A DNA stretch of 32,000 nt from Blochmannia endosymbiont of Camponotus nipponensis (GTDB lineage Bacteria; Pseudomonadota; Gammaproteobacteria; Enterobacterales; Enterobacteriaceae): NCBI RefSeq assembly GCF_009827135.1, contig NZ_CP046534.1, positions 690,001 through 722,000 on the forward strand, in the 5' to 3' direction. Of the stretch, positions 18,850 through 29,666 are shown piece after piece. Below the pieces are notes generated by a model. That model searched no databases. It saw only the letters and a program-made list of their open reading frames with translations, and was not told where the DNA came from. A program made the translations under genes and the position numbers. Positions within the stretch are counted from its first letter, which is position 1. Each line of letters opens with the position of its first letter.

Positions 18850-19377
18850 ATGTTTCTTATTACGTATAAGACTAATTATATGCATACATGACGTTGGTCT
18901 CATGTAAGTAAGGCTGTCGATTATGTTTTAATTAATTTTGTTGTCTATGATATTTAATGAAATTTTGGTGCTTTTTTCATAAATCAGATGAACTTTAATA
19001 TATAAATCACACTGTGATAATTTGCAAATATTACAAGATAATAGTTTTAAAAAAGTTTGATTTTTTTTTAAAAATATCATTTATATTAGATAATTGTTTT
19101 ATTGAATTATAAAATTAAAGATATTGTGCAAAGTTAAATGACAGTTAAATTGTAGTACGAATTATATATAGAAATAGAAGTAATCAGATTTTAAGCATTG
19201 TATGTGTTAATGTCCCATCAATAGTATGGGATTATGCCTATTTTAATATAGGTAACTGCTGCTATCTATACATGAAATATTTTTTTGTTTCTATTGTATG
19301 TGTTTATGAAAATTATATTAATAAAATTTATATTATAATACTGTAATATTATTGGGTACTGATAAATTGAGATAAAA

Positions 19378-20202
19378 ATGTATTGGGTTAATGGAATTAA
19401 AAAAAAAACAATATTATTAAATAATCGTGCTTTACATTTTGGTGATGGATTTTTTACGACTGCTAAATTACAAGATGGAAAAGTAAAATTTTTAGATTGG
19501 CATATGGATAGATTAATTATATCAGCAAAAAGGTTGATGTTTAATAATATTAATTTTGATCTTTTATATAAAGAAATGCTGCATGCAGCTTCTTATAGTA
19601 ATATATACAGTGTCATCAAAGTAATAGTAATTAGAGAAAATAACCTCAGGTTATCTGGATATCGATGTAGCAACGATATAGAACCATTACGTATCATTTA
19701 TGTTAGTAAATTACCAAAATATTACATGCGTTGGATTAGATCTGGAATTCATTTGAGAACAAGTGTTATGCGTTTAGCACGTAACACTTGTTTAGCAGGC
19801 ATAAAACACTTAAATAGATTAGAGCAGGTTATGATTGCTATTTGGGTGGATAAAAATAAAACTATTGATGAAGCATTAGTTTTAGATACTAATGGAAATG
19901 TTGTAGAATGTTGTAGTGCTAATATTTTTTGGAGGCATAAATACCAAGTATTTACTCCATCTTTACGTCATGCTGGTGTTAATGGAACTATGCGTCAGTT
20001 TATATTACAATTATTACCAACATTAGGCTACCACATACGAATAGTGACAGTTGGTCCTGAGCATTTAAAAAACGCAAATGAAGTTTTTATTACCAATTCT
20101 TTGTTACCATTAGCATCAGTTAATTCAATTGATGATTATTGTTATTCAGATAGGACGTTATTTCATTTATTGCGTTCTTATATTATAAATAGTGATATTT
20201 AG
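19378..20202 (+). CDS. pabC: Aminodeoxychorismate lyase (PLP fold type IV)
   Basis: NG......L....RA..FGDG.FTTA...DGKV.-L..H..RL, and LAGIKHLNRLEQV (PLP Lys), DEALVLD..G.V.ECC.AN.FWR and AGVNG.MRQF match E. coli PabC. The position after acpP (with fabF missing) and before tmk follows E. coli. Confidence 0.92.
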   Translation: MYWVNGIKKKTILLNNRALHFGDGFFTTAKLQDGKVKFLDWHMDRLIISAKRLMFNNINFDLLYKEMLHAASYSNIYSVIKVIVIRENNLRLSGYRCSNDIEPLRIIYVSKLPKYYMRWIRSGIHLRTSVMRLARNTCLAGIKHLNRLEQVMIAIWVDKNKTIDEALVLDTNGNVVECCSANIFWRHKYQVFTPSLRHAGVNGTMRQFILQLLPTLGYHIRIVTVGPEHLKNANEVFITNSLLPLASVNSIDDYCYSDRTLFHLLRSYIINSDI

Positions 20203-20592
20203 TAACACTTATAATGGTTTTATGTAAAATAATACTCATACAATATTTATGGTTTTTTTAATCAGAACTATATCTTATATAAATTTGTTAAAATAGTGAT
20301 CACACATCTCTTGATATCAGTTTTTATCAAGCATTACCATAACAGTAATAGAAAAATATTTCATTTTATTATTACATAGATAATGATTATTATCTTTTTA
20401 GAATGCATTAAATGTTATGTTTTTTATTAAATTTATGTGTATTTTTTTTGAGTAAAAATAATTAAAGAATATTTAAGTATAATGTATTTTGATAATTATG
20501 TACCTAATTTACATGAAAAGCTCATGTAATTTTCGTAAAATAATTAGAATCACTCAAAAAATGACATAAATCGTTTTATATGAGAGTATAAT

Positions 20593-21231
20593 ATGGATAA
20601 TAAGTTTATTACAATTGAAGGGTTAGATGGTGCCGGAAAAACTACTGTTGCTCATAGAATGATTAGCTACTTAAATCAGTACGGTATTACTAAAATTTTA
20701 ACTACGCATGAACCTGGAGGTACGCCAATTTCGGATTTATTGCGTATACTGATAAAATACGGTGGACCTACGGATGAGCCTATTAATAATACATCAGAAT
20801 TATTAATGATATATACTGCACGATTACAATTAATAGAAAATGTTATTAAACCAGCTTTATCTAAAGGTTATTGGGTGATTGGAGATAGATATGATTTATC
20901 TTCTCAGGCATATCAAGGAGCTGGAAGAGAAATGGATACATTATTGTTACATACTTTATCAGATAAAATTACAAATATCTTATCTCCAGATCTAACATTT
21001 TATCTTGATATTTCTCCGGAATTAAGCTTATCTCGTATAAATAACAGAAGAACGTTAGATCGTATTGAAAAAGAACCCCTAATTTTTTTTGATCGTGTGC
21101 GTTCTTGTTATAAAAAATTAGCTTCTGAAAAAAAAAATATCATCACGATCGATGCTACTCAAAGTTTAGAAGAAGTTTCTATTACTATTTACAGATATTT
21201 AAATTGGTGGTTCTTGTGTCAACAAGAATAA
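20593..21231 (+). CDS. tmk: Thymidylate kinase
   Basis: KFITIEGLDGAGKTT (P-loop), T.EPGGT, ARLQL.E.VIKPAL..G.WVIGDR.DLS.QAYQG.GR, PDLT.YLD..PE..L.R and IDATQ.LE.V. Confidence 0.96.
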   Translation: MDNKFITIEGLDGAGKTTVAHRMISYLNQYGITKILTTHEPGGTPISDLLRILIKYGGPTDEPINNTSELLMIYTARLQLIENVIKPALSKGYWVIGDRYDLSSQAYQGAGREMDTLLLHTLSDKITNILSPDLTFYLDISPELSLSRINNRRTLDRIEKEPLIFFDRVRSCYKKLASEKKNIITIDATQSLEEVSITIYRYLNWWFLCQQE

Positions 21232-21237
21232 AATATA

Positions 21238-22251
21238 ATGAAATGGTATCCTTGGTTAGATATTACTTATAATCAAATATTAAATTCTTATCGAAAAAAT
21301 AGAGGACATCATGCGTTACTTTTAAATGGTAAACGAGATAATGGTGAAGATACTTTGATTGATGCCATTGTTCGTTGGTTAATTTGTGCTTATCCTAAAG
21401 ACATTAGACATTGTAACATTTGTTATAATTGTAAGTTAATGAATGTTGGGCATTATCCTGATTATTATCAAATAAAGCCCGAAAATAATACTCAATCTAT
21501 AGGTATAGATACCATACGTACTTGTATTGATGCTATATCTAAGCATTCTTATCAAAACAAATTAAAAATTATATGTATAAAATACGTGGAATATTTAACT
21601 GATCAGGCTAGTAGTGCGTTACTAAAAACACTTGATGAACCTCCAATAAATACTTATTTTTTTTTTAAAACCCGAGATCATATGAGAATACCATTGACAT
21701 TGTTGAGTCGATGTATACGATGGTCTATTATACCGCCAAAGGAATCACTTGGATTACAGTGGTTAATGCAACAACAGAAGAAGATAAATAATATTTTGTT
21801 GGGACAATGCGCATTACGTCTATGTGATGGGGCCCCTATAGAAGCAGAGGCTATGTTTAGATTAGGTTTGTGGAAAAAACGATTAGAATTGTGTAAATCT
21901 ATAAATTACGCGATTACAAACGGAGATTTTTTAAAACTTGTACCATTGTTAAATGCTTGTAATAAAAATATATTTTTGTATTGGTTTATTACTGTGCTTA
22001 TGGATGCATTAAAATGGAAGCAAGGCATAAAAAAAAGATTTATAATAAATTTAGATCAAATGGAATTAATTACTGTTATCACAGAACAGAGGAGTCTCTT
22101 GTCTTTAAGTAGTCAGTTACAACAATGGTTAGTACTATTACGTTATTTTCAAGAATTTACTAATGTTGATCGTGAGTTATTATTGACTTATCGGTTATTA
22201 AATTGGAAACAAGATATTGTTGAATCTTGTTTTCATCCATGGAGTATATGA
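21238..22251 (+). CDS. holB: DNA polymerase III subunit delta'
   Basis: M.WYPWL......L..SY...RGHHALL, a Cys-rich zinc module (C..P.....C..C..C), HPDYY, the SALLKTLDEPP box and TLLSRC. It sits 6 nt after tmk, as in the E. coli operon. Confidence 0.93.
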   Translation: MKWYPWLDITYNQILNSYRKNRGHHALLLNGKRDNGEDTLIDAIVRWLICAYPKDIRHCNICYNCKLMNVGHYPDYYQIKPENNTQSIGIDTIRTCIDAISKHSYQNKLKIICIKYVEYLTDQASSALLKTLDEPPINTYFFFKTRDHMRIPLTLLSRCIRWSIIPPKESLGLQWLMQQQKKINNILLGQCALRLCDGAPIEAEAMFRLGLWKKRLELCKSINYAITNGDFLKLVPLLNACNKNIFLYWFITVLMDALKWKQGIKKRFIINLDQMELITVITEQRSLLSLSSQLQQWLVLLRYFQEFTNVDRELLLTYRLLNWKQDIVESCFHPWSI

Positions 22252-22255
22252 TATT

Positions 22256-23053
22256 ATGTTTTTGGTGGATTCTCATTGTCATCTACATCAATTGAATTAT
22301 AAAAATGTTCATAAAAATGTTTCAGATGTATTAAACAAAGCGAAAGAACGCGGAGTGCAATTAGTTTTATCAGTTAGTCTCACTATGGCGGACTATAATG
22401 ATATGGTGGAATTAGTAGGGTATAGAAATGATGTTGTGTTTTCTTGCGGGGTACATCCTACATATGTGTATAATATTGATAATTTTAACAGTGAGAAATT
22501 ATTTGTTTTATCTTCTCAAAAAAATATAGTTGCTATAGGTGAAACCGGATTGGATTATCATTATCAATTAACGTTAGATGACAAAAAAAAACAAATAAAA
22601 GCATTTCAAGAACATATTAATGTTGCTAAAGCAGTACAAAAGCCAATTATAGTACATAGTCGTGAATCTTGTAAGGATACTGTTACTCTTTTATTCGCGG
22701 AAGAAGCAAGAGAATGCGGTGGTGTATTGCATTGTTTTAGTGAAGATATAGATACCGCAAGATTGTTATTAAATCTTAATTTTTATATATCTTTTTCTGG
22801 AATGATAACGTTTAAGAAGTTTTGCGCGATGCAAGAAGTTATTAAATATATACCTTCTGATCGTATATTATTAGAAACTGATTCGCCTTATTTGACCCCA
22901 GTACCTTATAGGGGGCAGGAAAATCAACCTGCTTATATATATGAAATTGCAAAATATGTAGCGCTTGTAAAAAATATAAATATAGATGAATTAGCTCTTA
23001 TTACTACTTCTAATTTTCATACCTTATTCCATTTAGAACAACAGTATACATAA
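22256..23053 (+). CDS. ycfH: TatD-family metal-dependent hydrolase YcfH
   Basis: Start at ATG 22256. The first ten residues, MFLVDSHCHL, are identical to E. coli YcfH. Other matches: VVFSCGVHP, GETGLDY.Y, PIIVH.R, CGGVLHCF.ED, FYISFSG and LLETDSPYL.PVP.RG.ENQPA. Confidence 0.95.
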   Translation: MFLVDSHCHLHQLNYKNVHKNVSDVLNKAKERGVQLVLSVSLTMADYNDMVELVGYRNDVVFSCGVHPTYVYNIDNFNSEKLFVLSSQKNIVAIGETGLDYHYQLTLDDKKKQIKAFQEHINVAKAVQKPIIVHSRESCKDTVTLLFAEEARECGGVLHCFSEDIDTARLLLNLNFYISFSGMITFKKFCAMQEVIKYIPSDRILLETDSPYLTPVPYRGQENQPAYIYEIAKYVALVKNINIDELALITTSNFHTLFHLEQQYT

Positions 23054-23315
23054 TGTATATGTTTAATGAAGACATAAATAAAATATTTTTATTTTGGTTG
23101 ATCTTTAGAACATAGTAATTTTGTTATATTAAAATAATGATTTAGTTGGTATTGAAATTTATTAATATAATAATTATATCAATATCTCTAAGAGATAGTA
23201 TTTGAAGATTGATCCAGGTATAGTATTTATGTTTTTATTTTAAGAAGTAAAATTTTGGTTGATGTGTTAAAGAAGTTATTGTAGAATTCACATTATCTTA
23301 AAAACAGGATAAATC

Positions 23316-23678
23316 ATGAAAAAAGATAATATATTTTTAAATATTATTAGAAAAAAAATTAAAACTGATATCTTATATCAAGATGAATTAGTTACTGCAT
23401 TTTATGATTTATATCCTCAGGCACCTGTTCATGTACTGATTATTCCTAATATATTAATTCCTACTGTTAATCATGTATCAATTCAGGATGAAATAACATT
23501 AGGTAGATTATTCATAGTAGCAGCAAAGATTGCTAAAAAACAAAATATACATTCTTCAGGTTATCGTTTGATAGTTAATTGTAATGCTCATTCTGGACAA
23601 GAAATTTATCATCTCCACATGCATTTATTAGGTGGCAAGCCTCTAGGTCCTTTGTTACAACAAAACAATATATTGTAG
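23316..23678 (+). CDS. hinT: HIT-family purine nucleoside phosphoramidase
   Basis: IF..II...[38 protein letters not shown] and the HIT motif [14 protein letters not shown] match E. coli HinT (YcfF). 120 aa versus 119 aa. Confidence 0.95.
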   Translation: MKKDNIFLNIIRKKIKTDILYQDELVTAFYDLYPQAPVHVLIIPNILIPTVNHVSIQDEITLGRLFIVAAKIAKKQNIHSSGYRLIVNCNAHSGQEIYHLHMHLLGGKPLGPLLQQNNIL

Positions 23679-23890
23679 CTATTTATAGTTTAATACGCTA
23701 TAAATGTGAATGAGATGGTTCTTTATATGTGACATAGTTGTATGTAGCTTACCTAATATGGTAGGTAATTATTTATTAATTTATGAATAATAACATATAT
23801 TGTTTATTATATCATATTCATATAACTAGATAAAATGATAAAAATCATATTAGAATTCTATTATTAATGATAGATAATACATTTGTTATC

Positions 23891-24421
23891 ATGAAAAAAA
23901 AAATTATGTATTTAATGATTAATGTGATTAATATATATTGTATTGGATTATATAGTTATAATATACTTGCTTTAAGTACAGAACCAGTATTATCAGTGCC
24001 GTCGACAATCAATTTAATTGATTGGAAACCGGTTTTATTAAAAATACTGCAAAATGTATTTTTTTTTGATAACATTGCACATGATGGTCTTTTATTAGTA
24101 AACATGGTAAAAAATGATACCGATGGTGTTTTACAAGCCACAAATATTACAAATATTTTAATTAATTGTATTCAAGAAAATACCAGAAAATATAATGTTA
24201 TTGATATAGAAACAATGTATGCCGTATATAGGCAATTAGGTGTATATCCGGAGGATAATCGTAATTCTTATAATTTTGCTATAAAAATTGCAAATTATTT
24301 AAAAGCGAACTATATTTTATATAGTATTGCTTACGGAGATTCAAAAAAACCAAATTTAGAATTACAATTAATATTAGTTAAAACTGGTGAAATTGTACAA
24401 GTTATTAACGGTTCTGTATAA
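23891..24421 (+). CDS. lpoB: LpoB homolog (PBP1B activator family), atypical N-terminus
   Basis: The C-terminal globular domain aligns with E. coli LpoB (YcfM): IDW.P.L.K.L, LLLV..V.N.T.G.L, A..IA......Y.LYS.A.G and P.L.LQL.LV.TGEI. The position after hinT follows E. coli. The start is uncertain: ATG 23891 (MKKKIMYLM...) or ATG 23867. Confidence 0.8.
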   Translation: MKKKIMYLMINVINIYCIGLYSYNILALSTEPVLSVPSTINLIDWKPVLLKILQNVFFFDNIAHDGLLLVNMVKNDTDGVLQATNITNILINCIQENTRKYNVIDIETMYAVYRQLGVYPEDNRNSYNFAIKIANYLKANYILYSIAYGDSKKPNLELQLILVKTGEIVQVINGSV

Positions 24422-24656
24422 AATGTATATATATCCTCTTAATAGGAAAGAGAGGTAAAGTAACTGTTTAAAGTTTTTAAGAAGATTTTAATATGATACT
24501 TAAGCATCATTTAGCTTGTTAAAATTAATAGAACAGTTACATCTATTGCGCAGTAAGTCAGCATAGATGGAAATATGCATATTTGCATTAACATTGCATA
24601 TGTAAATTTTGATATCTGTAATTTATATATTTATGAGGTAATATAAACAAATATTG

Positions 24657-25871
24657 ATGTATCGATCAACTATATTGTTTATTGCACTACGTTATATTTT
24701 AGGAAAATCGGTAGATCAATTTGGTCGATATATTTACTGGATTTCTAGTTTTGCTATTATGTTAGGTGTAATGGCTATGATAATTATATTATCAGTCATG
24801 AATGGTTTTGAACGAGAATTAAAAAAAAACCTTCTTAATTTCATACCTCATGTTTTACTCACTAGTTCAAAAGGATACGTGCATGTTGGACATAAACCAC
24901 ATTTAATGTTACGTCAATTAGACAATATAACACGTGTGCAACCGTTAGTTATATCTAATGTAATATTACAAAGTTGTAAGAAGATTTCGTTTGGAGTTAT
25001 GCTGGGTATTGATCCAAATCAATTTGAACCATTATGTGATTATTTGGTGAATAAACGTGCAAGTAAATTAATTTTAGGAAAATATTATATCATTCTTGGA
25101 TCAGCATTAGCAAAAAAACTTGAAGTACATATAAATGATCAAATTCGTTTGATTATTCCTTCTGTTGTGCAGATCACTCCTATTGGTTATGTTCCTAGTC
25201 AACGATTGTTTACAGTATTGGATATTTATATTACTTCTAGTGAAGTTGATTCTTATCAAGTATTAACGCATCAATCAGATGCGTCTGCATTAATGCATTA
25301 TCCACCGCAATGTGTTACTGGATGGCGTGTATGGCTGCATAAACCATTTTTGATTGATAATAGTTATTATTGTTATCAACAATCACAATTACATATAGAT
25401 TGGGTTTGGAAAGATTGGAGAGAATCTAAAGGATCTTTAATGCAAGCGATGAAAACAGAAAGAAATATAATGTTTTTGCTGCTAAGTTTAATCATAATAG
25501 CAGCAGTTTTTAATATTATTTCTTTTTTGGTATTGTTAATATTAGACAAACAAATAGAGATAGCAATACTACAAACATATGGTTTTACTCGCCGAAATAT
25601 TGTGTTACTTTTTATGCTTCAGGGGATTAGTAATGGTTTTTTTGGTGTTATATTTGGAACAGGATTAGGAGTATTGTTATCTAATAAATTAAACAAAATA
25701 TTATTATTTTTAAAAATATTTTCAGATGTATTACCATTACCTGTAGAAATAAAATTTTCGCAAATATTAAGTATTATATTTATAACGTTCATTATTATCT
25801 TATTAGCAACTTTATATCCATCATGGCGTGCAACTGCTATTCATCCTGCAAGAATTTTACGTTATGACTGA
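24657..25871 (+). CDS. lolC: Lipoprotein-release ABC transporter permease LolC
   Basis: [14 protein letters not shown].....FGR...W.S...I.LGVMA....[11 protein letters not shown].-N.L matches the E. coli LolC N-terminus. Other matches: [28 protein letters not shown] and LYPSWRA. Start at ATG 24657; the track start is a TTG one codon upstream. Confidence 0.95.
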   Translation: MYRSTILFIALRYILGKSVDQFGRYIYWISSFAIMLGVMAMIIILSVMNGFERELKKNLLNFIPHVLLTSSKGYVHVGHKPHLMLRQLDNITRVQPLVISNVILQSCKKISFGVMLGIDPNQFEPLCDYLVNKRASKLILGKYYIILGSALAKKLEVHINDQIRLIIPSVVQITPIGYVPSQRLFTVLDIYITSSEVDSYQVLTHQSDASALMHYPPQCVTGWRVWLHKPFLIDNSYYCYQQSQLHIDWVWKDWRESKGSLMQAMKTERNIMFLLLSLIIIAAVFNIISFLVLLILDKQIEIAILQTYGFTRRNIVLLFMLQGISNGFFGVIFGTGLGVLLSNKLNKILLFLKIFSDVLPLPVEIKFSQILSIIFITFIIILLATLYPSWRATAIHPARILRYD

Positions 25872-26565
25872 TATTCCATTATTGCATTGTACTCAGTTAA
25901 CAAAGTGTTATCAATGTGCTGATATTTTAGTTAAAGTATTAAATGGTATTACTTTAAGTATTCAATGTAATGAAGTTATCGCCATCGTAGGAGCATCTGG
26001 ATCTGGTAAGAGTACATTGTTACATTTGCTTGGAGGATTAGATAAACCAACTGAAGGTAAGGTATTTTTTGAAGGTCATGCGCTACATCATTTATCTGAT
26101 AATGCGTGTGCTGCGATACGTAATAAACGTATAGGGTTTATCTATCAATTTCATCATTTATTATTGGATTTTAATATTTTAGAAAATGTAGCTATGCCTT
26201 TGTTGATTGGAGGTGTTAAGTTTAATCATGCAAAAAATAGGGCACTATATATACTAGAGGTGGTTGGGTTAATAAATCGTATTCATTCTTTTCCACATGA
26301 ATTATCTGGGGGAGAAAGTCAACGAGTCACTATAGCTCGAGCTATAATAAATAACCCATCTTTAGTACTTGCTGATGAACCAACTGGTAATTTAGATCAA
26401 AAAAATTCAGATAATATTTTTCAATTATTAAAGACATTAAATATACATTATGGTACAACTTTTGTAATTGCAACTCATGATTTACGTTTAGCTCAGCAAT
26501 GTCATAAAATATTAAAAATCTCCAATGGTAGAATAACATTAACACAGGATAATTCATTCAGGTAA
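25864..26565 (+). CDS. lolD: Lipoprotein-release ABC transporter ATP-binding protein LolD
   Basis: Start at ATG 25864, overlapping the lolC stop by 8 nt. Walker [46 protein letters not shown], signature LSGGE.QRV.IARA and Walker [13 protein letters not shown]. 233 aa as in E. coli. Confidence 0.96.
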   Translation: MTDIPLLHCTQLTKCYQCADILVKVLNGITLSIQCNEVIAIVGASGSGKSTLLHLLGGLDKPTEGKVFFEGHALHHLSDNACAAIRNKRIGFIYQFHHLLLDFNILENVAMPLLIGGVKFNHAKNRALYILEVVGLINRIHSFPHELSGGESQRVTIARAIINNPSLVLADEPTGNLDQKNSDNIFQLLKTLNIHYGTTFVIATHDLRLAQQCHKILKISNGRITLTQDNSFR

Positions 26566-26575
26566 TTATTTATAC

Positions 26576-27811
26576 ATGATATTATCTCTACAAATTGCGT
26601 TGAAATTTCATCAAAGCGCAAGAAACAATACTTTAATATCTTTAGTATCTTTAATTGCAGTTGTTAGTATTGCTATAGGAATAACGATATCTATAATTTC
26701 ATTAAGCGCAATAAATGGTTTCAAATATGAGTTAAGCAATCGCATTTTGGCAGTTATTCCGCATGGTGAGATTGAACCAATCAATACACCTTTCATTGGT
26801 TGGAAGACAGTTTTAGCGCATATTCGTAAAATGCCAGACATTATTTATGCAAGTCCTTATATTAATTTTTACGGAGTTGTTGAATATTACAATAAATGGC
26901 ATGCAGTCTATATTAGAAGTGTAGATTTAACACAAAACGTGTATGAAAATGGATTAATTAATTTTATAGAAAAAGATTCTTGGAAATATTTTTGTAAAAA
27001 TACGAAACAAATTATTTTAGGAAAAGGAATATCAGATACTTTAGGAGTTAAAGTAGGAGATTGGGTTACTATTTTAATTACTAAGGACTTTTGTGCAAGC
27101 AACAAATTATTATTATCTAATAAAATTTCTTTACAAGTGGCTGGGATATTAAATTTGAATAGTCAATTAGATTATAATATTGCGATGATATCCTTATCAG
27201 ACGCGCAATGTTATTGTGGTAGAACATCAGATATTTCAGGAATAGCTATTAAAACTAATGATATTTTTTCTGTTAATAAGACAATATATAAGATTGCAAA
27301 GAAACTGAATCATCAGATTTACGTGCGCAGCTGGATGGATACTTATGGATATATTTATCAAGATATTCAAATGGTTCGTATAATTATATATTTATCGATA
27401 GTATTAATAATAGGTATTTCTTGTTTTAATGTAATTGCTACGCTTATTTTATCAATAAAAGATAAAAATTATGATGTTGCGATAATTCGTGCATTAGGAG
27501 CTCCAAATATTTTTATTCAGCATGTTTTTTTTTGGTATGGATTAATTATTTACGTGATTGCCAGTATAGTAGGAACTGGATTCGGTATTTTTATAGCTTT
27601 TAATTTAACAAATTTAGTTATAATATGCAATGATTTACTAGGAAATAAAATTTTTCCAGAAGGAATTTATTTTATTAATTTTTTACCTGTCAAACTGAAT
27701 AAATGGGATATATTGTTGGTGTTAAGCATAACATTGTTACTTGGATCATTAACTAGTTGGTGCATAGCATTAAAGACGAGGAAAATCGATTTATATAAAA
27801 TATTAAAATGA
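26576..27811 (+). CDS. lolE: Lipoprotein-release ABC transporter permease LolE
   Basis: SA.NGF..EL.NRILAV.PHGEIE, PYINF.G.VE, GDWV.I.I, L.VAGIL.L..QLD...AMI.L.DAQ, SW..TYGY.Y.DIQM.R.I.YL and KDK..D.A..R.LGA match E. coli LolE. Confidence 0.95.
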   Translation: MILSLQIALKFHQSARNNTLISLVSLIAVVSIAIGITISIISLSAINGFKYELSNRILAVIPHGEIEPINTPFIGWKTVLAHIRKMPDIIYASPYINFYGVVEYYNKWHAVYIRSVDLTQNVYENGLINFIEKDSWKYFCKNTKQIILGKGISDTLGVKVGDWVTILITKDFCASNKLLLSNKISLQVAGILNLNSQLDYNIAMISLSDAQCYCGRTSDISGIAIKTNDIFSVNKTIYKIAKKLNHQIYVRSWMDTYGYIYQDIQMVRIIIYLSIVLIIGISCFNVIATLILSIKDKNYDVAIIRALGAPNIFIQHVFFWYGLIIYVIASIVGTGFGIFIAFNLTNLVIICNDLLGNKIFPEGIYFINFLPVKLNKWDILLVLSITLLLGSLTSWCIALKTRKIDLYKILK

Positions 27812-28283
27812 ATAATTGAGATTACAGTTTTTCTTATCAGAATGTAGGGTGTTAAATGATCTATTTGATTATGTACACAATGATATTATAAGTAAAAATG
27901 AATATCGAATATTATTATAAAAGTATATGTTTAGTATTTTTATGTAATAGTTTTGAAGTTTGTTTATGTGTGTATTTTGAATAATATTTAGTTTGTAGTT
28001 TACATTATGATTATGAAGGTAATAAAATACAATAGGATGTGTGATATTGTATAACACAAGAATCCACGAGATCAATATGTTTGAATGTATATCCTGATAT
28101 GAATTTAGTATTTATGCGTATAAGGATAATATCTATAATCTGATACTTACAGTTGTATTTTTAATGTAAGGATATATATGCAATGAAAATTGCAGATCAA
28201 TCGGTAAAATAATCAATGTTTATTTTTTAATTTTTAAAATGTAGTATAAATTTATTATAATTGACCAATAATTAAAAATTTTG

Positions 28284-29666
28284 TTATGTTATATCAGCAA
28301 TGTCATTTGCCATTTCTACCGCTAAACCTATATAATTAATTGGAGTGATTTTTTTTAGTCGTATTTTTTCTATTGTTGGTAATGGTAATGATTCAATAAA
28401 AATTTTTATTTTTTCAGCATTAACGTCTGTATTACTGATAAATTTTTTCGTATATTCATAAGATTCGTGAATATTGTGTCGCCGCATTACTGTTTGAATG
28501 GCTTCGCTTAATATTAACCAATGTTTACTTAATTCGGTCAATATATGTTCTTTATTAATTGTTAATGTTTTTATGCCTTTTAATACACTATGGTAGGCAA
28601 TTAAGGCATATCCCAAGGCTATTCCTAAACTTCTTAGAACAGTAGAATCACTTAAATCACGTTGCCAACGCGATATTGGTAATTTAGCAGAAAAATGATT
28701 AAATATAGCATTGGCTAATCCTAAATTTCCTTCGGAATTTTCAAAATCTATAGGGTTTATTTTATGAGGCATAGTAGAAGATCCGATGAAATCATTCTTA
28801 TGATTTTGTTTGAAATAATTGAAAGCAATATAGCCCCATACATCTCTATTAAAGTTTATGAGGATGGTATTAAATCGTGCGATACAATCGGATAATTCAG
28901 CAATATAATCATGTGGTTCTATTTGTGTTGTATAAGGATTCCATTCAATACCTAAAGATATAACAAATTCTTCACTGAATTTTCGCCAATTTATTTCTGG
29001 ATATGCTATAGTGTGAGCATTGTAGTTTCCTACGGCGCCATTAATTTTTCCTAAAATTTTTATTGATTCTAATTGATGATATTGGCGTATCAAACGATAT
29101 GCAATGTTAGCCATTTCTTTTCCTATGGTAGAAGGAGTAGCAGGTTGTCCATGAGTTCTGGATAACATAGGAATATTTTTGTAATTAATACTCATTTTTT
29201 TTATTTCGTTAATAATTTGTTCCCAAATTGGCAATAAAATGGTTCTTTTAGCGTTAATCAGCATTAATCCATATGCAAGATTATTAATATCGTCTGAAGT
29301 ACAAGCAAAATGAATAAATTCACTTATTTTTTTTAAAGTAGGTAATTTATTTATTTTTTCTTTTAAAAAATATTCTACTGCTTTGAGATCATGATTAATA
29401 ATTTTTTCTATTTGTTTAATACGTTCTGCATCTTTAATATTAAAGTCAATTACCAATTTATTTAAAAAATCACATTCTATTTGCGTGAAAGGTGGTATTT
29501 CTTTGATAGAAATTGTGTTAGCTAGTTTTTTCAACCAATGGATTTCTATTTGTACACGAAATCTTAGTAAACTAAATTCACTAAAAATATTACGTAAAGA
29601 ATCAGTTTGTTTATAGTAACGACCATCAATAGGAGATATTACGGTTAAGGGCGATAATGTTATCAC
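28284..29666 (-). CDS. purB: Adenylosuccinate lyase
   Basis: SPIDGRY, FSE..LL.FRVQ.E..WL.KLA, HD.KAVEYFLKEK, EFIHFACTS.DINNL, LSRTHGQPATPST.GKEMAN.AYR, GKINGAVGNYNAH, WNPYTTQIEPHDYIAEL and the signature GSSTMPHK.NPIDFENSEGNLG. It starts with GTG (complement 29664-29666) preceded by AAGAGG (complement 29672-29677, 5-nt spacer). There is no nearby in-frame ATG. Confidence 0.95.
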   Translation of the reverse strand: MITLSPLTVISPIDGRYYKQTDSLRNIFSEFSLLRFRVQIEIHWLKKLANTISIKEIPPFTQIECDFLNKLVIDFNIKDAERIKQIEKIINHDLKAVEYFLKEKINKLPTLKKISEFIHFACTSDDINNLAYGLMLINAKRTILLPIWEQIINEIKKMSINYKNIPMLSRTHGQPATPSTIGKEMANIAYRLIRQYHQLESIKILGKINGAVGNYNAHTIAYPEINWRKFSEEFVISLGIEWNPYTTQIEPHDYIAELSDCIARFNTILINFNRDVWGYIAFNYFKQNHKNDFIGSSTMPHKINPIDFENSEGNLGLANAIFNHFSAKLPISRWQRDLSDSTVLRSLGIALGYALIAYHSVLKGIKTLTINKEHILTELSKHWLILSEAIQTVMRRHNIHESYEYTKKFISNTDVNAEKIKIFIESLPLPTIEKIRLKKITPINYIGLAVEMANDIADIT

